Source: Candidatus Levyibacteriota bacterium | Lineage (GTDB): Bacteria > Patescibacteriota > Microgenomatia > Levybacterales > UBA12049 | Length of the DNA: 64,000 nucleotides | Direction: 5' to 3' | Assembly: GCA_016188975.1 (NCBI GenBank) | Contig: JACPGQ010000008.1 | Span: forward strand, 17,812 to 81,811 | The notes under the pieces: generated by a model | Database searches by the model: none | The model's input: only the letters and a program-made list of their open reading frames with translations | Told to the model about the DNA's origin: nothing | Translations under genes and position numbers: made by a program | Part shown: in pieces, positions 28,204 through 37,847 of the stretch | Layout: each line of letters begins with the position of its first letter | Numbering within the stretch: position 1 is the stretch's first letter

Positions 28204-29670
28204 TGTATTTTTCCTAACAGGAGCAGTATAATCCTCTCAGTGGAACAGGCAGTCTGGGATCTCAAATCGCAATGCGAGAACTATCGTAACTCTGAAGTAT
28301 TTGACTGTATGGTTGCAGAGTTTCTGCTGTCATATGGGAAATACTCTCCTGAGCTATGGGACGTTCTTAATCGGTACAAAGTTGAAACACTTGAGGAACT
28401 CAAGAAAAAACAAAGGGGGAAACTTTCTGCACTTCCTAAGCTTCACAGTCTTTTTTCTGATATCGAGATGCCACTTATTCGAGTGCTATGGGAGATGGAG
28501 CGGGAGGGAATACTTCTGGACAGTGACTGCCTGAAAAAAGTTGGACATGGATTGGATGCTGCAATTATGTCTGTTGCGGATGAGATTAAAAAAGAAGTCG
28601 GATTTGACATCAATCTCAACTCTTCTGTGCAAATAGGTAATTTTTTGGCAGAAAAAGTGGGGGTACCTCTTACAAGAACCAAAACCGGCCGCTTTGCGAC
28701 CAATGAAAACGAGATAGCACAGTACGCAGAACAATTTCCCATCATCAAACAACTTTTGACATACCGTGAACTGAGCAAGCTTCGCTCAACCTACGTTGAT
28801 AGCCTGATAACAAAAGTTGACAGGATGGGGCGTGTCCATACGACGTACCATCAAGTAGCGGTAAATACAGGAAGGCTTGCCTCTTCAAATCCAAACATGC
28901 AAAATATCCCTGTCACTTCCGAGTTTGGGCTCAAGATCAAATCCTGTTTTGTTGCAGGACCTCAAAAAAAACTTCTCTCGTTTGACTATTCCCAACAAGA
29001 ATTGCGCATCCTGGCGCATCTGACCGGAGAGGAAAAATTAATCGAGGCATTTCGCGCTGGTAGAGACGTCCATAGAACCACAGCGAGTCAGCTGTTTAAG
29101 GTCGACTATATGGATGTCACAAAGGAGCAACGGATTATTGCCAAGACAATAAATTTTGGCATTATTTATGGCATGAGTAGCTTCGGGATGAGTCAGGGAC
29201 TACACATTCCGGTAGAGGAGGCGCACATGTTTATTGACACGTTTTACCAAACGTATCCGAAAATCAAGACGTATTTCGACAATTATATTAATCGCGGGAA
29301 AATTGATGGGTTTGTCGAAACGCTTTTAGGGAGAAGACGGTATGTTTTTGAGTATCCAGGACAGAAGTTTATCGACAACAACATGCGCCGAGTACTTCTG
29401 AACTTCCCAATCCAAGGATCAGCAGCTGATCTTATGAAAAAAGCGATGGTGCAAATATATTATGATCTTCTTCAAAAAAATCACTCCATCAAATTGCTGC
29501 TGCAAATACATGATGATTTGGTTTTTGAAGTCCAAGACGATAAAGAGAAGATAACATCCATCATTGATCAGATAAAAGAAATAATGTGCAATATCTATCC
29601 ACTCGCAGTTCCGGTTGAGGTTGATGTGAAAATTGGAAAAAATTGGGGAGATATGGAGAAAATTTTATAG
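28180..29670 (+). CDS. polA: DNA polymerase I, polymerase (palm/fingers/thumb) domain only
   Basis: Motif A is DYSQQELRILAH, motif B is RIIAKTINFGIIYGMS, and motif C is QIHDDLVFE. The ORF begins within the tail of the 3'-5' exonuclease domain, with a TTG start at 28180 or ATG at 28309. No 5'-3' exonuclease region is nearby. Confidence 0.8.
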   Translation: MYPHRSSQCIFPNRSSIILSVEQAVWDLKSQCENYRNSEVFDCMVAEFLLSYGKYSPELWDVLNRYKVETLEELKKKQRGKLSALPKLHSLFSDIEMPLIRVLWEMEREGILLDSDCLKKVGHGLDAAIMSVADEIKKEVGFDINLNSSVQIGNFLAEKVGVPLTRTKTGRFATNENEIAQYAEQFPIIKQLLTYRELSKLRSTYVDSLITKVDRMGRVHTTYHQVAVNTGRLASSNPNMQNIPVTSEFGLKIKSCFVAGPQKKLLSFDYSQQELRILAHLTGEEKLIEAFRAGRDVHRTTASQLFKVDYMDVTKEQRIIAKTINFGIIYGMSSFGMSQGLHIPVEEAHMFIDTFYQTYPKIKTYFDNYINRGKIDGFVETLLGRRRYVFEYPGQKFIDNNMRRVLLNFPIQGSAADLMKKAMVQIYYDLLQKNHSIKLLLQIHDDLVFEVQDDKEKITSIIDQIKEIMCNIYPLAVPVEVDVKIGKNWGDMEKIL

Positions 29671-29702
29671 CTACGGCTTGAGAACCAAGCCTTCCTCTTA
29701 CA

Positions 29703-30296
29703 TTATTGATTGCTGCTTATTTCCACATTTACTGCTCCCTGGCGGAGGATTTTCCAGGGAGACACTGAGCAATCAATGACTGAAGAAGCCCGTCGCAGAG
29801 TACATTCGCCTTCTATAACAAAGTCTACCTGCTCGATAAGTTCAGGATTGAGGTCACTAAACGAATACGGCGTTTTGTCTCCGTGGAAATTTGCCGATGG
29901 TCCTAGAATCGGCTTGCCAAATTCCCTAATAATGGCACGGGTAATGGGATGGTTGGGAATTCTCACTCCCAATGTACTGCTCCCTCCCCGTACAAGTGAA
30001 GGGGCTTTCTCAATTTTTGCAGGCAAAACAATCGTCAATGCACCCGGCCAGTAAGGCTCAATAAGCTTATCGATGACTTCTTTGGGAATCGGCTGCAGAT
30101 AATCCTGTGCCATTTTCACTGTATCGACAAGCACAGGTGTGGCTTGGAATTCCGGACGTTTGCGAATACGAAATAATCGCTCAATTGCCTTCTCATTATC
30201 AATTGCGCAACCGATACCGAATGCAGTGTCTGTAGGATAAACGATTATTCCACCTTTTTTCAGAATCTCAATCGCTTGTTGAATTTGTGTTTCCAT
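29703..30296 (-). CDS. tsaC: L-threonylcarbamoyladenylate synthase TsaC (YrdC/Sua5 domain)
   Basis: YrdC-fold motifs (IIVYPTDTAFGIG, LGVRIPNHP). Confidence 0.75.
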   Translation of the reverse strand: METQIQQAIEILKKGGIIVYPTDTAFGIGCAIDNEKAIERLFRIRKRPEFQATPVLVDTVKMAQDYLQPIPKEVIDKLIEPYWPGALTIVLPAKIEKAPSLVRGGSSTLGVRIPNHPITRAIIREFGKPILGPSANFHGDKTPYSFSDLNPELIEQVDFVIEGECTLRRASSVIDCSVSPWKILRQGAVNVEISSNQ

Positions 30297-30305
30297 AGTT
30301 TATTG

Positions 30306-30397
30306 TGTCATCGCGAACGAATGAAATGAGTATGGCGATCTCACATAAATAAATCCATTTTAAGAGATTGCTTAGTCGCAAGCTCCTCGCAATGACA
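30306..30397. mobile_element. MITE-like element, copy B, with slightly degenerate terminal inverted repeats
   Basis: TGTCATCGCGAA ... CTCGCAATGACA. The internal segment GGCGATCTCA is inverted relative to copy D. Confidence 0.5.
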
Positions 30398-30405
30398 GAG
30401 GAAGG

Positions 30406-30846
30406 TTATACTTGGATAATACTTATCTTCCTCTTCTCCTCGTCTACATACTCAAACCTCACATCGATCCGTTTCTCGGGCAAATACTCACCCATCTTCT
30501 CAGCCCATTCTATGATCACAAGATTTTCGGGATTCCTGATGAAATCAAGTATACCTACGTCAATGATTTCATCTGGGAAACCTATTCTGTAGAGATCGAC
30601 ATGGAACAAATTTGCAATGTTTTTATTCTTCATACTCTGTACCTCATACTTTCGAAGTATAACGAACGTCGGGGAAATCATGCGCTTTTGTATGCCAAGT
30701 GCTTCACCAATTCCTTGAGAGAATGTCGTTTTTCCACTTCCTAGATCTCCATAGAGACAGAGTAAATTTCTTCCTTCAAGAAAGGTAAGAAGGTCAGCTG
30801 CTAATTTTTTTGTTTCTTTGGCTGAAAGAGTAACTTTTGTATTCAT
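30406..30846 (-). CDS. tsaE: tRNA t6A biosynthesis ATPase TsaE (YjeE)
   Basis: Walker A LYGDLGSGKTTF and 146 aa length. Confidence 0.75.
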   Translation of the reverse strand: MNTKVTLSAKETKKLAADLLTFLEGRNLLCLYGDLGSGKTTFSQGIGEALGIQKRMISPTFVILRKYEVQSMKNKNIANLFHVDLYRIGFPDEIIDVGILDFIRNPENLVIIEWAEKMGEYLPEKRIDVRFEYVDEEKRKISIIQV

Positions 30847-30898
30847 TTTTAATTTATTAACGTAACAAAATTTCTCGTGAAGTTAGCCTGTAATGATA

Positions 30899-31774
30899 TT
30901 ATACAGTATCTGAGGCTTCTTTTCGTTTTTTGAGGAAATAAAATACTCCCCCTCCAATGAGGGTAATTCCGGCTACAGGTAACAACAAAAACGGAGATAA
31001 TCCGTCACTTTGCTCTTGCTCCTCCTCATGATCGTCCTTTTCAGAAACAGGTGTGAGTGTCAATTCAGCTGCACTTACACCTAAGACAGCAGTTGGATAC
31101 TGTTTGGTCACCTGAGGAAGTGAGGTGACGTTTCGTACAAGAAACGCCTGAGCAGATGAGGAAGTTGGTTTTGGCGTAGGAGATTTGGTTGGAGCAGCAG
31201 AGGATTTTATCGATGTCGGAGTTTTTATAGGCGTCGGTGTCCTTGTCGGCGTCGGAGACTTTACTGGTGTTGGAGTACGTGTCGGAGTAGGCGTTTTGGT
31301 TGGAGTCGGAACATCTGTAGGAGTTTCCGTCGGCAGATGAACGATTGATGACCCGTTGTTATCACCATCTCTACTGGATGTTGAAAGGATTGCAAAAGCA
31401 CCTGTTCCGTTTGGGAGTCTTCCAGCCGATTGATTTACAGATGGCGCACTGACATCGCTTCCTTTATCTCCGTACCCAACCTGGTCAATAACATTAGTAT
31501 CATCGTCTTTCGCGACAATTTTTATAATGTCACCACCATTATTTAAATTATTACCCCAACCGAATGAAACGTATGTATGGGGAATAAGCGTACCCGTTAA
31601 ATCTATCTTATTGGTCGCGGATGAATCGCGAAGTTTATATAGCAATAAATCAATTGATGCGCTCTCGCTATTGTTGTAGAGCTCCACCCAATCATTTGAG
31701 CCGTTTGAATAAAACTCATTAATAACAAGATCCCCTGCAGTGACTATCGATGCATTGCTGAAGAGAAAAACCAA
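30899..31774 (-). CDS. Surface protein with an N-terminal lamin-tail domain (LTD), a Pro/Thr-rich linker and a C-terminal LPVAG sortase-type sorting signal
   Basis: LVINEFYSNGSNDWVELYN is an LTD. The linker is PTPTKTPTPTRTPTPVK repeats. The C-terminus is LPVAG, a hydrophobic helix, then KKRK. Confidence 0.55.
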   Translation of the reverse strand: MVFLFSNASIVTAGDLVINEFYSNGSNDWVELYNNSESASIDLLLYKLRDSSATNKIDLTGTLIPHTYVSFGWGNNLNNGGDIIKIVAKDDDTNVIDQVGYGDKGSDVSAPSVNQSAGRLPNGTGAFAILSTSSRDGDNNGSSIVHLPTETPTDVPTPTKTPTPTRTPTPVKSPTPTRTPTPIKTPTSIKSSAAPTKSPTPKPTSSSAQAFLVRNVTSLPQVTKQYPTAVLGVSAAELTLTPVSEKDDHEEEQEQSDGLSPFLLLPVAGITLIGGGVFYFLKKRKEASDTV

Positions 31775-31882
31775 TACGAAAACAGGAATGAAAAATACTT
31801 TCGTTACCGTATCTTTCCTTAGAGTAGGTATTCAAAAACAATTTTGCAAGAGTCAAACTGTTATCAAAGTAGTGAAGGTCAA

Positions 31883-32749
31883 TTATTTGAGATATCGAAG
31901 AACTGCTAGGAATGAGGAAAACGTACCAAGAATAATTGCAACGATAAACTCAGCTCCGAGAAGGCCAAGTAAGAAAAACATCGGTACAGGAAGAAGTGGA
32001 ATTGACCCCAGGAATGATTGCAAGTACGGCGTTGCATAGACAAGTCCCACTGCTGCAATAAGCCAGCCAAAAAACGCTCCCACAAGTCCATAAAAAATCC
32101 CCTCCAGCAGAAATGGCCAGCGGATGTACCAATTTGTAGCCGAAAGAAGTTTCATAATCTCAATTTCCTCACGTTTTTGTGAGATTTTAAAGCCAATGAT
32201 TGTCGCCATGATAAAAACAGAAACGACAGACAAGAGAACAATGACCCCAATACCTATTTTTCGAAGTGCACTCGTCCATGATGTAAGCGTTTGGACGACA
32301 TCTTTCTGGAAAATCACTTCAGAAACAATCGGAGACTTCTTGAGTGCGTCAGCAATAGGAGACAGATCTTCGATTCTGTTTGCAGAAACCTCCAAGGATG
32401 CCGGGAGAATGTCAGACGTTACGAGGTCTAAAAGTAATGGGTCATTTTTGTTTTGTTCACGATAAATTTTTAACGCTTCTTGTTTTGAGACAAACCTCAC
32501 ATTTGCAACCTCTTGGCTTTGCTCCATCTGTTCAGACAGGGTGTCTATATCTTCTTGATTTGCTTCATTTTTGAAAAATGCTGTAACTTGGGGTTTTGAT
32601 TCAAAATACGCGATAATCTTTGTCGAGCCAATTGTCATTATCGAAAAAATGGAAATAGCCAGAAACGTCAGCGTCATGATCGTGATTGCGGCAAGCGCCT
32701 GATAAGGAGACCTTCTGATATGATTCCAGCTGGTTCGAAATGTTTTCAT
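31883..32749 (-). CDS. ftsX: Cell-division ABC-transporter-like permease FtsX
   Basis: Four-TM FtsX topology with a large first periplasmic loop. It is coupled to ftsE. Confidence 0.8.
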   Translation of the reverse strand: MKTFRTSWNHIRRSPYQALAAITIMTLTFLAISIFSIMTIGSTKIIAYFESKPQVTAFFKNEANQEDIDTLSEQMEQSQEVANVRFVSKQEALKIYREQNKNDPLLLDLVTSDILPASLEVSANRIEDLSPIADALKKSPIVSEVIFQKDVVQTLTSWTSALRKIGIGVIVLLSVVSVFIMATIIGFKISQKREEIEIMKLLSATNWYIRWPFLLEGIFYGLVGAFFGWLIAAVGLVYATPYLQSFLGSIPLLPVPMFFLLGLLGAEFIVAIILGTFSSFLAVLRYLK

Positions 32750-33498
32750 TTTTCTGTTTTTTGCTCTGCCTTTTCGGATGACTCTTTCTTTTCATGATGT
32801 GATTTCTCAGCCAAAGGCTGATCGGCCTTTGGCCGAGGTTTTTCATCTTTCAGCAGCGATCCTTTACTCAGGGTAACAACTCGTTTGAGAAGGTTATTGA
32901 CTATGTCAGTATTATGCGTCGCCATGATAACTGTCGTTCCCAACGCATTGATGTCCTGAAGGAGTTTCACAATTTCCCACGAAGTTGTAGCGTCCAAATT
33001 GCCAGTCGGCTCATCAGCCAGAAGAATTTCCGGGGAAAAAACAAGAGCCCTCGCAATTGCGACTCTTTGTAACTCTCCTCCTGAAAGCTGGACAGGGAAT
33101 TTGTCTTTATGCTCCAAAATCCCAGCCTGGGAGAGAATGTCTTCTACTTTTTTCAAGGCAGTTTTCGAATCGATGTTGGTCATCTCAAGGGGAAGAATGA
33201 TATTCTCAAGAATTGTTCTATCTGTGAGTAGCTTGAGATCTTGAAAAACAACGCCAATGCGTTTTCGGAGATGGGGAATTTTACTGTTGGGGAGTTTGGT
33301 AAGGTCCCAATCACCTACTATAATCGTACCTTTTGAGGGTAACATATCCCTTATAAGAAGGCGTAAAAACGTCGTCTTTCCTGAACCAGACGGACCAACA
33401 AGAAAGACGAATTCTCCTTTTTCAATTGCAACGGTTACATCAATGAGAGCAGATGCTCCGGTGCCAAAGGTCTTTGTGACGTTTTCGAGTCGAATCAT
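32746..33498 (-). CDS. ftsE: Cell-division ATPase FtsE, with a Lys/Glu-rich C-terminal tail
   Basis: Walker [10 protein letters not shown], signature LSGGELQR and Walker [10 protein letters not shown]. Confidence 0.85.
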   Translation of the reverse strand: MIRLENVTKTFGTGASALIDVTVAIEKGEFVFLVGPSGSGKTTFLRLLIRDMLPSKGTIIVGDWDLTKLPNSKIPHLRKRIGVVFQDLKLLTDRTILENIILPLEMTNIDSKTALKKVEDILSQAGILEHKDKFPVQLSGGELQRVAIARALVFSPEILLADEPTGNLDATTSWEIVKLLQDINALGTTVIMATHNTDIVNNLLKRVVTLSKGSLLKDEKPRPKADQPLAEKSHHEKKESSEKAEQKTEK

Positions 33499-33634
33499 AT
33501 GAGCAGAGATTGAATTTTAGAAGTGGGAAGTGAGATAATTTCGAACGTGACTCTTTGACGTCTTGAACTCTGAAAATCAAGAATTCAGGTTCAAGAACAT
33601 CTCATTTCCCATTTCAAAAAATCAGAACTCTTTG

Positions 33635-34108
33635 CTAGAGGACCTGTACTCGGCCAACATCCATGAGCCATCCAGCTTTTTGGGCAGCCATTGTCTCTCC
33701 CCATACTTTAATTTTTTTTCCTTTAAACTCTGATAAATCAACAATTGAGGATGTAAGGTAGACGTTTTGACTTGGTCCCCCGGGGCGCTCTAAGTGAAAT
33801 TGTCCTTCTCCTTCAATGCCGCCTTCTTTGAGCACTCCTTCTGCAGTGTCTTTAAATGTTTTTGTGTCTTTTGAACCGTATATCGTGCCTTTTTGGATGC
33901 CCCCTGCTGTTGTAGATGATGTGCCTCCTGGAAGAATCCCTGATCCAGTACCTGTTCGAGCCAAAATAAACCCTGTTCCAACACCCAAAAAGGCAACGAT
34001 GACAAGAATAATGAGCGTTTTCTTCATACTGACTTCCTGTTTTGGCTGCAACTCATGTACTATCTGCTCTTCGGGCTGAGTGTCTTTTGGATTTGTCTTC
34101 TTATCCAC
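33635..34108 (-). CDS. Hypothetical membrane-anchored protein
   Basis: 157 aa with a single TM helix. Confidence 0.3.
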   Translation of the reverse strand: MDKKTNPKDTQPEEQIVHELQPKQEVSMKKTLIILVIVAFLGVGTGFILARTGTGSGILPGGTSSTTAGGIQKGTIYGSKDTKTFKDTAEGVLKEGGIEGEGQFHLERPGGPSQNVYLTSSIVDLSEFKGKKIKVWGETMAAQKAGWLMDVGRVQVL

Positions 34109-34237
34109 AATATATCACTCGCCTCGCCACTTGCGACGGGACCGTTCTAGTTAACCATATTTTCCATTCTTTCGCAACCCCGGATGGAAGTTAGGAGAGA
34201 TGCGAAAAGGAAACCATTTGTCTCTTTTAACCTTCAG

Positions 34238-35245
34238 TTATGAGAGCTTGCGGAGTTCTTCCTCAATAAAGCCATCCAAGTCTCCATCCAAAACAGCTTG
34301 GGTATTTCCCGTTTCATAGTCGGTCCGAAGATCTTTGACCATTTGATAAGGATGCAACACGTATGATCTAATTTGATTACCCCAGCCGGGTGTTTTGTAC
34401 CCGCCTTTGAGCTTGGCTTCTTCTTTTCTTCGCTCTTCCTCACGAAGTAGCCATAATTTCGCCCGTAGATGCTTCATGGCATACTCTCTGTTTTGGTTCT
34501 GATACCGCTCTGTTGAGGCTGTTACAACAATGCCTGTCGGTTTATGACGCAAGCGAACTGCTGTTGAGACCTTATTGACATTCTGTCCCCCATGCCCTCC
34601 TGCTCTGAACGCTTCAAACTCGATGTCTTCATATTTAATCTCAATATCCGGGTCTTGATCGATCTGTGGAAGTACCTCGACTAGTGCAAATGATGTTTGT
34701 CTCAAATTGTCAGCGTTGAAGGGCGATTGCCGAACGAGTCGATGTGTCCCTGCTTCGAATTTGAGAAACCCATACGCAAACTTCCCATTGACACTTATCA
34801 CAACACTCTTCAGCCCTGCCTCATCGCCCGGTGTCTGCTCTATGACCTCAAACTCCCAACCCTTTCTTTCAAAATACCGTGTATACATGCGAAAAAGCAT
34901 CTCTGCCCAATCCATTGCCTCAGTTCCCCCTTGGCCGGAATGAATCGAAAGGATAGCAGATGATTCGTCGTACTGGCCTGAGAAAAACAAAAAGTGCTCA
35001 AGCTTATTCAGGAGCTCCTCTGCCTCTTTTTCATTGCCTTCATCAATATACAGCTGAAGTAACTCAATCTCTTCTATTTCCTTCTGCAAATCAGAAAGCG
35101 TTTTCATTTTCTCACCAGCTGATTTGTGATCCTGCCAAAAATCAGGCTTAATCGACTCTGCCTGAAGCTCGTGGATGCGTTTTCGTACAGAATCAAGGTC
35201 AATTTTCTCAAGTAGCCTCTTTGTTCTTTCCTTTATGTTTTCCAT
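34238..35245 (-). CDS. prfB: Peptide chain release factor 2
   Basis: SPF tripeptide and GGQ motif ([13 protein letters not shown]). The start is at MENIKERT. No internal in-frame stop or programmed frameshift is present. Confidence 0.85.
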   Translation of the reverse strand: MENIKERTKRLLEKIDLDSVRKRIHELQAESIKPDFWQDHKSAGEKMKTLSDLQKEIEEIELLQLYIDEGNEKEAEELLNKLEHFLFFSGQYDESSAILSIHSGQGGTEAMDWAEMLFRMYTRYFERKGWEFEVIEQTPGDEAGLKSVVISVNGKFAYGFLKFEAGTHRLVRQSPFNADNLRQTSFALVEVLPQIDQDPDIEIKYEDIEFEAFRAGGHGGQNVNKVSTAVRLRHKPTGIVVTASTERYQNQNREYAMKHLRAKLWLLREEERRKEEAKLKGGYKTPGWGNQIRSYVLHPYQMVKDLRTDYETGNTQAVLDGDLDGFIEEELRKLS

Positions 35246-35261
35246 AGGAGTGTATTGTAGC

Positions 35262-36485
35262 TTATCTGACAAAATCCACCAAGAGGGCCAGTGCTGCGGC
35301 AGACATGACGAAGATCGTGACGACAGCGAAGATGTTTTGCAGAAAACCATTAACCTTTCCTCTCATCACAATTTTGTCATTGGCAATAAGGAGAATCATG
35401 ATAAGCAAAGGGGGCGCAATAAGGCCGTTGAGAATTGCCGTGTAATAGAGTGCCTGAATGGGATTGAGACCGATGAAATTAATAAGTAAGCCGATGAGCG
35501 TTGCGATTGTTATGACACCGTAAAATCCATGAGCTTTACGAAGCTTCAGATAAAGTCCTGCACTCCAATTGAAAGATTCGGCAACCGCGTAAGACGCGGA
35601 TCCTGAAAGGATGGGAACTGCCAAAAAACCAGTACCAATAATACCTGCAGCAAAAAGAACAAATGCAAAATCACCTGCAAGAGGCCGAAGCGCCTCTGCT
35701 GCCTGCTGTGCTGATTCAATAAGGATGATAAACCACATCGTTACATTGGAAAAAAACATCCCCATCGCAGTATCGAAGCTTAGGTGCGTGAGGTCTTTGG
35801 GTGTAACTTTCGGTATGCCTTTTCCAAATCGCCGGAGCTTATGGTGCGCTATTTCCTCCTCTACTTCCTCATTGGCCTGCCAAAAAAACAAATACGGAGA
35901 TATCGTCGTTCCAAAAACAGCAACAATATTCATCAGATATAACTTAGAAAACTCGAGATGAGGAATCAGCGTTGATCTGAGAGCCTGCACCCAGTCGACT
36001 TTTATAACAAAAGCAGTTGCGATATAGGCCAGAAGCGACATGGCAAGGTACTTGAGGAATTTGACGTACGTTTTGTAGGTAATAAATATCTCAAGAACCA
36101 AAATGATAACAGTCATGATGATGAGCCAAAAAACAAACGGCAAATCGATAAGAAGCGACGCCGATGCCGCCATCGCACCGAGGTTTGCGCCGATATTGAT
36201 GGTGTTGGCGATGAGAAGCAGCGTAACCGCAGTATAGAGCATTGATTTTGAGTAGTGCCGTTTGATAACGCCAGCAAGCCCGTGTCCTGTGACAAGTCCG
36301 ATGCGACCGCACATCTCCTGTACGCTTGTCATAAGAGGAAAGGTGAACAGGGCGGTCCACAGCTGGGTGAAGCCAAAAATCGCGCCGGTCTGTGCATACG
36401 TCGCAATTCCCGAGGGGTCATCGTCAGAGGCGCCTGTGATAAAACCTGGGCCTAATATTTTTAGGAATTTTTTAATGCGATTCAC
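35262..36485 (-). CDS. mntH: NRAMP-family divalent metal (Mn2+/Fe2+) transporter
   Basis: [19 protein letters not shown] is the Nramp consensus; 11-12 TM helices. Confidence 0.8.
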   Translation of the reverse strand: MNRIKKFLKILGPGFITGASDDDPSGIATYAQTGAIFGFTQLWTALFTFPLMTSVQEMCGRIGLVTGHGLAGVIKRHYSKSMLYTAVTLLLIANTINIGANLGAMAASASLLIDLPFVFWLIIMTVIILVLEIFITYKTYVKFLKYLAMSLLAYIATAFVIKVDWVQALRSTLIPHLEFSKLYLMNIVAVFGTTISPYLFFWQANEEVEEEIAHHKLRRFGKGIPKVTPKDLTHLSFDTAMGMFFSNVTMWFIILIESAQQAAEALRPLAGDFAFVLFAAGIIGTGFLAVPILSGSASYAVAESFNWSAGLYLKLRKAHGFYGVITIATLIGLLINFIGLNPIQALYYTAILNGLIAPPLLIMILLIANDKIVMRGKVNGFLQNIFAVVTIFVMSAAALALLVDFVR

Positions 36486-36614
36486 GATAAGTATGCTTAT
36501 CTGTTTTTATGAGATGTTTTTCAAATCCGAAATACTAAATTCGAAACCCTAAACAATATCAAATGATCCAAATACCAATTACGAAAACATTTTGAGCATT
36601 AGGAAAAAGTTTTT

Positions 36615-36665
36615 GGATTTGTTTCGCCCGCCTGCTTCGCAAGCGAATGCTTTGGCGTAGCCCTA
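36615..36665. repeat. GC-rich palindromic repeat in the mntH leader, related to 8375-8465
   Basis: CGCCCGCCTGCTTCGCAAGCGAATGC...GGCGGGCAGGG shares a ~20-nt core with the element upstream of korA, in inverted orientation. Confidence 0.4.
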
Positions 36666-36708
36666 TTGGCGGGCAGGGATTTCAGTATTCGAGTTTCGGA
36701 TTTATAAG

Positions 36709-37086
36709 CTATAGCTGTTTACAAATATTCTCACAGACATTCTTCAATTCGTCTTTCGGAACTCCCTGGAGATTTTTTAAATCATCAATAATTTTCTGTA
36801 TTTGTGGCGACGAGTGCACGACGTCTTCCGGATCAAGGCTTACTACTTGCTTTTTAATCTCATTGAGCTGTTCCTCGACTGTCCCCTGTAAGCGCTCTTT
36901 CGCAGCTTCTACCTTGTTACTCTCTCCCTGCACCTCTTTTTTTGTCTGTGCTCCTTTCACAAATCCTTGTCTGGTAAGTGAGAATTGCACGAGGACCAGA
37001 ACAATAACAAGCGCTATGAGGGCAAAAACTCCTTTCGATAATGAAGAGGACTCTGCAGTTTTTTTCGAATGGGCAGCATCTTTCAT
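36709..37086 (-). CDS. Hypothetical membrane-anchored coiled-coil protein
   Basis: An N-terminal TM followed by a K/E-rich helical region. Confidence 0.3.
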   Translation of the reverse strand: MKDAAHSKKTAESSSLSKGVFALIALVIVLVLVQFSLTRQGFVKGAQTKKEVQGESNKVEAAKERLQGTVEEQLNEIKKQVVSLDPEDVVHSSPQIQKIIDDLKNLQGVPKDELKNVCENICKQL

Positions 37087-37126
37087 GAGTTTATTGTAGG
37101 CAATTGGGGGCTGTTTTGCAATAAAA

Positions 37127-37847
37127 CTACGAGAGGTATGGGGAAATCTCCGTTGTTATCTTTCCGTTTGTTAGGAGAAAATCAGAGGAAAAGACGTTCC
37201 ATGAGTCACCAGTCAGACTTTGGATTGTTGCACCGGCTTTTTCTGCAATCAGAAGAGCAGCGCCAATAGCTACCGCGGCTTTCAATTGCACGAACGTTCG
37301 GCAAGACTTTTTCAAGGATCCTGAGTGTCTGCATTCTTTTTTGAATATCCCATGACCAATCGCAACACAGGAGTGCTTGCTTGAGTGTCTCAGTTGACGA
37401 AACATGAATCGGAGTATAGTTGAGATAGGCTTGGCTCTCGTCTTGTTGAGCCCAATACAATTTCTTCTCAAGGGGAAGGTATACAACTCCTACTTTAGGT
37501 TTTCCTAAACTGACAAGCCCAACTGAAATTGCAAAATGCTTGCTTCCTCGCGAAAAATTTGTTGTCCCATCAATCGGGTCAATAACCCACAGGTTTTCTT
37601 TCTCAATAAAAGTCGTATATTCAGATGGTGCGGTCTCCTCAGTCAAAAACTCAGTTGTAGGGAATTTTCGGAAAAGTTCCTCCCGAAGAAATGCGTCGAT
37701 GGCATCATCTGCCTCTGTTGCGAAATCAACCCCTCCTTTACTGTGTGTTTTGAATCCTTGTTTGAGAAAGCTATAAATACGCTCACCCGCAGCGGTAACG
37801 ACAGCGACAACTTGCTCTCTTATCGAAGTGAGTTCTCCATCCATCAC
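37127..37847 (-). pseudogene. Inositol monophosphatase-family (SuhB/CysQ-like) gene split by a +1 frameshift
   Basis: Frame 1 carries DPIDGTTNF and ends just after ...RAIESRGS. The WD-AAG / EAGG region (AIGAALLIAEKAGATIQSLTGD) continues in the +1 frame (ORF 37127..37486). The ~23-aa AALDL.YVAAGR segment normally between them is absent. Confidence 0.5.

Noticed and set aside
30368-30592. 74-aa plus-strand ORF starting at the ATG of the MITE right terminal repeat
   Set aside because: It is antisense to tsaE for its whole length and has low-complexity hydrophobic translation. It is most likely a shadow ORF.
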